Shown here piece after piece: positions 40,516-50,520 of a stretch of DNA of 64,000 bases. A program made the translations under genes and the position numbers. The DNA lies in contig NC_043001.1 of assembly GCF_006345805.1 (NCBI RefSeq), forward strand, positions 13,454,001-13,518,000, in the 5' to 3' direction. Every line of letters starts with the position of its first letter. Position 1 is the first letter of the stretch. The DNA is from Octopus sinensis (taxonomy: Eukaryota). The notes beneath the pieces were generated by a model that did not search any database, was not told the origin of the DNA, and saw only the letters and a list, made by a program, of their open reading frames with translations.

Positions 40516-40575
40516 CGCCGCCACATATGTATGTACACACACACACACACACACATATATATGTATGTATGTATG

Positions 40576-40617
<42 letters not shown>

Positions 40618-40669
40618 CATACATATGTGGAGGCGCAATGGCCCAGTGGTTATATATATATAAACAAAG

Positions 40670-41720
40670 AAGATAAAACATCAGGCTGGAGGCCGTGGAA
40701 AACTTTCAACAAATTCTGCGGGGAGAGGGAGCAAAGGTGAGGTTCATGAAAAGAGGAAAGAAATTTGGTACCTGGGAGGTACAATTCATGTCAGAATACA
40801 GAGCTAAGCATGATTCCGCAATCACACTACACACGATGGAGGTGGGTATGTTACCGTCATTCCTTGGCAAATGAACGAAAAAAATCGCAATAGAAATTTA
40901 TCCATCTGAAATTAGATCGGCGTGGTTTCTGGGATCCGTTTGCTCCAATATGAAGGGGGAAGTGACACTGCTGGAGTTCGAGGATAAAAAAGAGCAGAAC
41001 TGGTGTGATTGGAGTCTTCGGGCGACAATTTAAGCCACAGGAGCAGAACTGGAGCAAATTCCAAAATTTATAATTCTGCCGGATGAGACAAATCTGAGAG
41101 TCACGGTCCAGAGCAGAATCCCAAGATGTTTCGGGTGCGGACTGAAGGGGCGCATAAGGAAAACATGCCCCCAGATACTGTACTTTGCCGTCAAGGAAAA
41201 AAACAGGATGAACCAAAGGACCAGCACCAGAAGCCGAACGAGGAAGCTCCTGGTGAGGAGGAAGAGATGCAGGAAGAGGCGGGAAAGACAGTGAAGAAGG
41301 GGAATTGCACACCGGAAGAATTTGGATCGTCCACATCTACAGGGGAAAGTACAGAGGAAGGGTCAGTTGCAAGGTGGAAGAGGGAAAAATTTCTCCTTCT
41401 CTTCTTCCAACAAACACAAAAATCTTAAAAACGAATGAACAAGAAGAGATACGAATGCAGACAAAAGACATTACAAACGCAGACATCAAAGAGGAAAAGT
41501 ATATCCCCACCACCACCAAAAGAAAAACACTAAGTGTACAAATAGTAACACAGAACAAGGACAGAGAGAGAGACAAAAATAAACGTACAAGGACGGATAC
41601 GATCGCAGACAAAAACATTACAAAAACAAACAGTAAATAAAGCTAACCAAAACAAAGAAAACCGAATAAAAAACACAGGCAACGCACAGCAAGAATAATG
41701 GTTTAAAATCTCTTTCTAAA
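40670..41720 (-). mobile_element. Probable Penelope-like element 5' region / N-terminal ORF remnant
   Basis: Degenerate reading ...LCILT*IVPPRYQISF resembles the PLE N-terminal FL..C...IVP.GF motif; pyrimidine-rich leader on the minus strand. Confidence 0.4.
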
Positions 41721-41789
41721 AATGTTCATTGGCGCTACTGGAGTGTGGTGGGCTGACGTCGTTCCAACATTTCATGTATATATTACCAC

Positions 41790-41864
41790 AGGCATATGGC
41801 GTAGTGGTTAATAGCGCGGGCTACTGACCCCAAGAATCCGAGTTCGATTCCAGGTTGTGACCTG

Positions 41865-41909
<45 letters not shown>

Positions 41910-41910
41910 G
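41790..41910 (+). mobile_element. Short tRNA-derived SINE or tRNA pseudogene with (AAT)n tail
   Basis: TGGCGTAGTGG A-box-like and GAGTTCGATTCC B-box-like motifs; no intact cloverleaf 3' end. Confidence 0.65.
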
Positions 41911-41934
41911 TGATGATAATAATTATAATCTGTA

Positions 41935-42110
41935 GCGCTGCATTTAGTCGAACAAATCGATCTCCGAAATTTATTCTTTGCTGGTATTTACTCTATCGAT
42001 TTCTTATGCCGAAGCGCTAAGTTATGGTGATGTAAAAAATCAAAATCGGTTGTCGAGCGATGGCGCGTAGAATGGGCACAGGCAGTGACACACAGGAAAA
42101 TATAGACAAA
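41935..42110 (-). mobile_element. Decayed SINE family A 3' half
   Basis: TTTAGTCGAACAAATCGA...CGCTAAG...TCGGTTGTCGAGCG. Confidence 0.7.
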
Positions 42111-42162
42111 TATATATATGTATATATATACATATATATATAAATAAATATATATATATATG

Positions 42163-42193
<31 letters not shown>

Positions 42194-42249
42194 ATACATA
42201 CATATATATGTATATACATACATATATATATATATATATTTATTTATAT

Positions 42250-42546
42250 ATCACCGTGATCACCGTGAGCGACCAGACTATCAGATGTTGCTACACATCA
42301 CTGGTCACAATGCGCTTCGCATTGTTTTAGCCTTCAAATGACGCCACCCCGCTGGCTAAGCGAGCAGGCCAACAGAGAAAAGAGTGAGAGAAAGTTGTGG
42401 TGCAAGAGTACAGCAGGGATCGCCACCATCCCCTGCCGGAGCCTCGTGGAGCTTTAGGTGTTTTCGCTCAATAAACACTCACAATGCCCGGTCTGGGAAT
42501 CGAAACCGCGAGTCCGCTGCCCTAACCACTGGGCCATTGCGCCTCA
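42250..42546 (-). mobile_element. SINE, family C head with alternative tail
   Basis: Matches 40206-40515. Confidence 0.85.
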
Positions 42547-42569
42547 CACACATATATATATATATATAT

Positions 42570-42617
<48 letters not shown>

Positions 42618-43343
42618 TATATATATATGTGTGTATGTATATATAGTGTCAAAATATCTCAACGCATTACGTTCCCAACAACACGTCGATAAGTAGGCTG
42701 TAACCACTAAAGTTATTTTCATGCATGTAGATATAACGCATTTTTCACTTCCATGTTTCTCGTTCTTCCATATATTTCGTTCAGCTTTCTTTTTTGCATT
42801 TGTATACCTCATCTCATCTGTATGTATATTTCGATGATGCCATCTTCTAATAGAATCTCAGACAAAGATATTGTTGATGTTGCGATTCTATTAATATTTT
42901 GGCGTTTTGGTTACTGAAGCTGATAGTGTAATTATTAATGCAACATATATATGACGTATGGTCTCTGAAAAACTTTTCACTCTCCAAGCAAATTGTCTCC
43001 AAATCTATGTATCCGCCTCACTACTCTCCATATAACTACCGATCTAACCACATACACACAGCCATACATACATACATACATGCATTTATATATTATTTAT
43101 ACATATATATATATATATATATCATTTATTAAACTTTTAATACTTTTGATATATATTATATATGTATTTATAATATATTTATATATGTATTTATACATAT
43201 ATATATATATATATATTATATATATCTTTTATTAAACTTTTAATACTTTAGATATATATTTAAAATAATATAAATTAATTAATTTTATGTATTGGCTTAA
43301 GTTTTTCATTGTTTAATTTGCCTAATAGTGGTTTTATCTCTAA

Positions 43344-43430
<87 letters not shown>

Positions 43431-43435
<5 letters not shown>

Positions 43436-43632
43436 AGGGTTTTTTTGCAACAAGTTGCTAAAACTACATACCAAAAATTTTAGAAATAGCAGCCAAAAGA
43501 CTACTATTTACAAATATTGTTGTCTGTGGAGACTTATTTTTGTATAGTAAAAGGAAATAGTAGTCTTTTGGCTGCTATTTCTAAAATGTTCGGTATGTGG
43601 TTCAAGCAACTTGTTGCAAAAAACGCTTATTA
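43431..43632. repeat. Fold-back element related to the terminal repeat of the 31279-32052 element
   Basis: Arms of about 80 bp; TGCTATTTCTAAA...TTCGGTATGTGG shared. Confidence 0.8.
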
Positions 43633-43760
43633 TTATAATTATAAATTTTTACCGTATATGGTCTTTTCCATACCGAAATACTACTAGGTGAAATTTGTTG
43701 TTTTTATTAAATTAATTATTTTTCACCCTATCTCTGTAATGACTATATATATATATATAG

Positions 43761-43896
<136 letters not shown>

Positions 43897-43925
43897 ATAT
43901 ATATATATATATCTGTAAATATAAT

Positions 43926-44222
43926 TATGTGAGAATTATTCGTAGCCAAGATAAAACTCTGAGTTCGGATGCCGAGGTGGAAATCCACACCACCATCTCT
44001 TCAGTTATCCGGTTATCCGGCCATCGGAAAAACGGTCTTTTCTCATAGCATTTTTCCGATGGCCGGATAACTGAAAAGATGGTGGTGTAGATTTCCACCT
44101 CGGCATCCGAAACTCAGAGTTTTATCTTGGCTACCGAATAATTGTCACATATGATATTTACAGATAAATTCCTCTATTTGCATAATATTGAGATCTCTTT
44201 CGTTATCTTACCGTTTTTACCA
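43926..44222. mobile_element. Fold-back element (43926-44151) with decayed HHR motifs in both arms, plus tail; tail also at about 6975-7080
   Basis: GAUAA-CUGAA(G/A)A-GAUG...CAUC-C-GAA(A)-C UCAGA GUU/UUAUC. Confidence 0.75.
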
Positions 44223-44460
44223 ATATATATATATATATATATATATGCAGACGCCATGACAGATCGTTAGTCACTGCACACATTTTTCTCTCTCCTTGTT
44301 TCTCTCCTTATTTTTTCTGTGTCCCTTTCTGTAGCAGAGCGTAGGCTGGGCTGGAAACGTAAAAGACTTTTTCTATTCCTGAGTGCTATACTAATAATGC
44401 ATCTGTTTGTTTTGTACACCACCTGTCTTCGTCTTTTGTTTATTTTCGTAAACTTTCCAT

Positions 44461-44521
<61 letters not shown>

Positions 44522-44532
<11 letters not shown>

Positions 44533-45029
44533 TGTAGTTGTGTGATTGTCTGTCCCCTTCGATTTAGATTCCTAACTACTCCCACATTTTGCGGTGCAGT
44601 TTAACCAAATTCGGGTATCTTATAGTCGTGATTCATATCGAGCCTGTCTGAGTATTAGCGCGCGTCTACGATGAGTCTATGATTTTAAAAATAATTTAAC
44701 ATCATTTTTTATTACATTTTAATGCATAATTTTTCGTGTGTCGATGGCGGCGGAGTTGGTGTCCATGGTCACACCTACACCTGTTTGCTTCTCCCCCTTC
44801 TTCCCTCCCTCGTGAAGCTGTGGGGAAGAGAGTGTAAGGAAATCAACGTCGTAAAGCGTTGTCAAGGAGACCAGCGTTCTTTTAGAACAACGACTCCATG
44901 GCTTGCAGACACCAAAACAGAAATGGCTAAGAAAGCCCGAATTGGCATCTATAAGGGAAGTAACTCTCTAAAAATGCTTATATAGTTATTTCCCTTACAA
45001 ACCCGAGCAACGCCGGGCGATACTACTAG
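44522..45029 (+). mobile_element. Non-autonomous Helitron-like element
   Basis: 3' hairpin CCCG-AGCAACGC-CGGG at 45002-45017, then CTAG at 45026-45029 before T; 5' end inside (TA)n. Confidence 0.7.
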
Positions 45030-45331
45030 TATATATATATATATATCTGTGTGAATATGTGTGTGCGTGTGTGTAGTGGCTGATTTCTTGTTTATGGGCA
45101 TAGCCATTGCTAGAAAGAATGATTAAACCAAGTCATTCATAATGCAGTTTAAAGCTTATATGACTCTTGAGCCCCACCAAAGATCTACACATTTTTGTGC
45201 ATAATGCACCGTTCGCTGGGTGACAGGAGGTACCGGTGCCATTGTATGGAGTTTTTGACATGCCTCTTTAATCTGCGAAATGCACGGCACACCTTGTATT
45301 TTTTACCTATGCACATTAAATAATATATATA

Positions 45332-45515
45332 TAGGCGCAGGAATGAACCCGGAATCATGTGGTTGGTAAATAGCTTGCTTACCAACCACATGGTTCCGGG
45401 TTTGTTCCCACTGTCTTGCACCAAGGAAAGTGTCTTCTACTATAGCCTCTGGTCGACCAAAGCCTTGTGAGTGGATTTGGTAGACGGAAACTGAAAGAAT
45501 CTCGTCGTATATATG

Positions 45516-45568
<53 letters not shown>

Positions 45569-45800
45569 GTGTGTGTGTGTGTGTATGTTTGTATGTGTAT
45601 GTTTTTGTATCTTTGCTTGTCCCCCAACATCGCTTGACAACCGATGCGTGTGTGTTTACGTCCCCGTAACCTAGCGGTTTGGCAAAAAGAGGCCGATAGA
45701 ATAAGTACTAGGCTTCCAAAGAATAAGTTCTGGAGTCGATTTGCTCGACTAAATGCGGTTCTCCAGAATGGCCGCAATCAAATGACTGAAACAAGTAAAT
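45332..45800 (+). mobile_element. SINE family A with rearranged head
   Basis: Family A sequence; A-box region replaced by an inverted copy of downstream sequence. Confidence 0.88.
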
Positions 45801-45808
45801 AGTATATA

Positions 45809-46245
45809 TCTATTATATAAAATCCGTTCTGTCTGTCTGTGTGTGTCTTCTAGGATCTCGGGCATCCTCCATCCAATTGCGCTCAAATTTGATGTGTGGA
45901 TATCGACAGTATTAGGGACAGCTGGCATAAACGTTAGCACGCTGGGCTAAATACGTTGCCGTATTTCCTCTGTCGTTACGTTCTGGGTTCAAATTCCTCA
46001 GAGGTTGACTTGGCCTTTCATCCTTTCGGGATCGATAAATTAAGTACCAGTTACGCACCCGTTTGTCTGTCCTTGTTTGTCCTCTCTGTGTTTAGCCTCT
46101 TGTGGGTGGTAAAGAAATAGGTATCGAGCAGTACAAAAATCGATTCCAGGTGAGAATACGACCGATAAAGCCGTGGGAACGTGCATTTGTACGCGTATGT
46201 ACATCAGCTGTTGCGATCGATACTGCGCGTACGCGAGAAAAATGC
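45809..46245 (+). mobile_element. Helitron-like element interrupted by a SINE family B copy (about 45928-46122)
   Basis: Homologous to 6500-6837 on both sides of the SINE. Confidence 0.65.
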
Positions 46246-46254
46246 TGCGTGATG

Positions 46255-46503
46255 TGATCTTGAGCAAGGCACTTTATTTCACGTTGCTCTAGCTGTAGAA
46301 ACTAGTTGCGACATCACAGGTGCCAAGCTCTATCGCAATTTGTCTTTCCCTTTCCCTTGGATAATATCAGTGGTGTGGAGAGGGAAGACTGGTAAGCATG
46401 GATATTTGCTGGCCTTTCATAAACAATCTTGTCCGGGCTTGCGCCTCGGAGGGTAACTTTCTAGGTGCAATTCCATGGTCATTTATGAAGGAAGGGGGTC
46501 TCC
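46255..46503 (+). mobile_element. SINE fragment with CORE-like segment and another 3' tail
   Basis: TTGAGCAAGGCACTTTATTTCACGTTGCTC shared with 17138 and 32132 copies. Confidence 0.6.
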
Positions 46504-46504
46504 G

Positions 46505-46594
46505 CTGAGATAGAAATTTAAATGTAGCAAATTGTTTTAAAACAAATTTAAATTGCCTACGTGATAGCTGTAAGCCTACTTTTGGGCCACCCTG
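46505..46594 (-). mobile_element. Tc1/mariner-like terminal inverted repeat fragment
   Basis: Minus strand TA|CAGGGTGGCCCAAAAGTAGG; TA target dinucleotide. Confidence 0.55.
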
Positions 46595-46748
46595 TATATA
46601 TCTATGAATGGGTGCTTTTGTATGAAATAAATCCCTGGACAATGATTTTATTTATTTCTGTTTTGTTCAGTGGTGTTTTACAGTGTGTGTGCGTGTGCAT
46701 GTTTGTGTGTGTGCGTGTGCATGTTTGTGTGTGTGCGTATGCATGTTC

Positions 46749-46780
<32 letters not shown>

Positions 46781-46977
46781 GTATGAAGTCTTCCAGCTGA
46801 AGGCTTTGATTGGATTTATTTAGAAAAAGTAATTAAAGATGTGTTGTTTCTAATGAATTTTATGTCTCCTGTTGATTTTCAAGGATTTGTTTTCGTGTAA
46901 AACATCTGTGCTTCCTAATTAGAGAAATAACTTTATTTGTGATGTGTTTGTATGTGCTGTTGTGGTGATTCGTAGCG

Positions 46978-47023
<46 letters not shown>

Positions 47024-47430
47024 AAATATAATATATATATATATATATATATGATTCCCATAAATCTCTGCTCATATATTGCACGCCCCGTTAAACAAAA
47101 CACCAGCCTAGTCATATTTATTAATTTATTCTAGTCAGTCATAACAAAATGTTTACCTATGTCAATGCACAGCAATCACGACCAACATTCAGGCATTTTA
47201 GTTAACTAACTCTAAGATTCAAAGTATTATCAACGGACAAGAAGATTGACCTGAACATTAATCTGATCTACATTCTATAAGAAAATGAGCAGTGGAAAGC
47301 AAGATGCCTTTAAATGAGGGGAAATTTGCTCTATCATCCAAATCTATACAGCAACACACGAAGACAACATGCACAACTCCCCCTCACACACATACACACA
47401 CACATACACACAAACACACACACCACACAT

Positions 47431-47490
<60 letters not shown>

Positions 47491-47493
<3 letters not shown>

Positions 47494-47812
47494 GTGAGGG
47501 AAGAAATGGAGCTGAACGAATATTTTACAAAATTCCTTTTATTATTTTCTACACATGTTTCAAAGGCTGCAAATTCCCTTACAGGCTTTGAAACATGTGT
47601 AGAAAATAATAAAAAGGAATTTTGTAAAATATTCGTTCAGCTCCATTTCTTCCCATCACTAAATATATAAAACTTCAATTATCCGCACTAAGGCACGGTT
47701 GCGATACCCCATGGTCGTAACCTCAACTGTGATTTTTCTGTTGTGATTTTTGCTACCCAGGTATCAATTATAATTTGAATAATCCGTAACAAGATAATTC
47801 ATTTATCCATTT

Positions 47813-47815
<3 letters not shown>
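47491..47815. mobile_element. Fold-back (47491-47662) of the 4346 family retaining only the 3' half of the HHR, plus shared tail
   Basis: GCTTTGAAACATGTGTA-GAAAATAA; AAGGAATTTTGT...TTCGTTCAGCTCCATT; tail TGCTACCCAGGTATC. Confidence 0.8.
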
Positions 47816-47887
<72 letters not shown>

Positions 47888-48143
47888 TACATAAATATAG
47901 GGATGGTATTTTGAAAATACCATCACAAATGGTAAGCGAATTATCAGCCGTACAGGCAAATTAATATAATATATACATACAATATCAGATATGTACATAT
48001 ATACACACGGGTACTACATGAGTACCTATATCGCTAATAATAGAAGTCAAAAAATACTTCTGTACCACCGAATAGTCACAAATCTATTACAGACAAGATA
48101 GGAAAAAAATATCAGTGAGCAATAATAATGTCTTACCTCAAAT

Positions 48144-48194
<51 letters not shown>

Positions 48195-48197
48195 TAT

Positions 48198-48400
48198 TTA
48201 TTTTATAGAAGGAGCTTCTACAGGACTAGAACTGTTTCATTCAAAAGAAAAATCATCAGGAAGCTTCCTGATGATTTCTTTTGAATGAAACAGTTCTATT
48301 CCTGTAGAAGCTCCTTCTATAAAATAAATTAATTTACTCTGCTATGTATTGAGTACCTTATTTACTGTGGTTAACCCCGACTCAACCCGGGTCCTACATA
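48198..48400. mobile_element. Fold-back (48198-48327) with minimal/decayed HHR motifs, plus tail
   Basis: Palindromic centre CAGGAAGCTTCCTG; CUGAUGA-UUUC UUUU GAAU-GAAA-C...; GUC in the minus-strand arm. Confidence 0.7.
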
Positions 48401-48600
48401 TATATATTATATATATATATATATCGATTAGTGGTACAACAAAGCACTAATGTTTACTGGAAATAGCAGTTGATACCTTTACGATGCTATAGTAAAGCTT
48501 CAAGGTGTATATACTGGCGAAGACGTGTGAGGGCAGCAAACATAAAAAAAATTGTTTTACTTCAAGGAAGAACATTACATAAATGGACAAGCCAGAATCG

Positions 48601-48682
48601 GATAATCCAGTACCTAGGTTTCGGACTCTTCAACTACGTTTGTCATCGTAAATTTGGTTAGTTTTCATCAGCTGGATTTATC
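48601..48682 (-). ncRNA. Type I hammerhead motif with partly decayed stem II
   Basis: GAUAAAUCCAG-CUGAUGA-AAACU...AGUCC-GAAA-C CUAG GUA/CUGGAUUAUC. Confidence 0.72.
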
Positions 48683-49469
48683 TGGACAATATTTCAAATG
48701 TTACTACATCAATGCCAGTATACTCATATTTTACAACAAATGCCCCACGCAGACACACATATATATATATATACAAATAAATTCAGTTACCTGACTACAT
48801 TGCAAAACAGATGTTTTCAGTGAAAACAACCCATCTAAATCAACAGTAGACCCTGCTTTCATTAGAAGCAATTCCATATATTCTTTACCAAATAAACTCA
48901 TTCAAAACAGTCACATGAAAAACCACACACACATAATAAAAGAAAGAATATAAACTTAGACTTAGATAAACTTAGATATGTTTCGACCAAAGATTGGTCC
49001 AGGCCATGTCTAACTTAATAGCACCAGCTGATAGGATTATTCGAATCCTGTTTAAGTCAAGTTTTGTTCAAGTAGTGAGTTCTTGTTGGGTGAGTTGTAT
49101 CCAGTTTTGTCCAAGTAGTGAGTTCTTGTTGGGTTTTGTATATTTCTGAAGTATACGAGTATAACCAATGACCATAAAGTTTTCATGCTGATTAAAGCAG
49201 AGATTAAAACAGAACATGAAATTATAAAATTTCGCCAATCGTCATCTTTGTTTAGAACTTGTCTCTACCCATTTTTAACCTACGATCAATATAAGAAAAT
49301 TTAATTTTCTATTCTTAGCATTATCTATGTTCCCCTACTTTTAAAAATTATATCTTTTTATACTCCCCAAATTGGAAAATTGTGTATCGTAGCTAAATTC
49401 TTTTTACCCACTAACTTACTAATATTGCTTCATAACTAACGACTCCATAAGCAAGCAATGGCTTCCTGG

Positions 49470-50520
49470 AGAATCTATGCCTTCTAAATTTCAACCAGCA
49501 TGGCTTTCGATGCGGCTAGGCCTGCCTAACACCGCTTTTATATAATATCAAGGATATATTTTGACCTCTGGCGACATCAATCTTTACTTCAGCAAAACGT
49601 TCCACAGAGATGATCACAACATTGTCCTCTTAATATTGTCAAATATCGGAATCCGTGATTCATTGCAGCACTAGATAATGTCCTGGTGAACAGTGCAGAA
49701 TATTACGATTAGTGGAATCTATTCAAGCCCAGCAAATATCACCAATGGTGTTCCGTAAAGGATTATATTGGGTCCGCTTTTATCTATAGTTTCAGCAGGC
49801 ACTGCAAAATAAAAAATATTCAAAGATATAGAGAAAACTGAATTGAAAATTAATCTAATCTACATTTTGTAGGACCATGAGCAGTGAAAGCAAGGTGCGG
49901 TTAAGTTTGCACTTATGTACTTTCGAAAAGACAAACTAATCACAGCAGGGGACTTAGGAGCATTGTCGGCTGAAGTGCTCACATCAACAATGAAGACATG
50001 GCTCACAGGATGAGCTCCTGGTTCCTAAGAGTTTTCCAGTCCAGAAACTGTCATCATTCCACTTTTCTCTTTATTAGCACGGCCACACCTAGAACACTGT
50101 TGTCCCCTGTGGTCCCCCCAGACCAAATAAAGCATTACGAGAATTGAGTCACCCCAGAACACAATCACTGAAACAGTAAAACACATGACTGATCAGAATT
50201 ATTGGGTCCACCTTAAACTATTGAAATTTCATTCTCTCTATCGACGCCGTGGGTGATATATTATTGGCACAATGTTGAGAATATTCCAAACGACCTTAAC
50301 ATCAAATGCAGTATTTTCGATTCAGGGTCGCGGCGCTTAACTTTACTACAACACAATTGATTTTCTTCCAAAAGCCCAGCTCTATTTAACACTATCCCAA
50401 AACAAATCAAAGAACTAAAAGATCTCAACTTCAAGCGTTTTGTTAAAGAATACCAGATAAGCCACCCATATCTGAATATATCTCAATCAACAACAACTTC
50501 CAATTTGAATAGGCCATGAC
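49470..50520 (+). mobile_element. Old, heavily decayed CR1-type LINE RT fragment
   Basis: Broken motifs QHGFR, ACLT, FSKTF, NGVP..ILGPLL, RPHLEHCCPLWSP, YW.HLKLLK.HSL.RRR. Confidence 0.75.

Noticed and set aside
41790-41860. Functional tRNA gene (also SINE heads elsewhere)
   Set aside because: Acceptor stem incomplete and followed by a simple-repeat tail; these are SINE heads.
48965-49005. GACCA/UGGUC-GAAAC half-hammerhead on the minus strand
   Set aside because: CUGANGA core absent.
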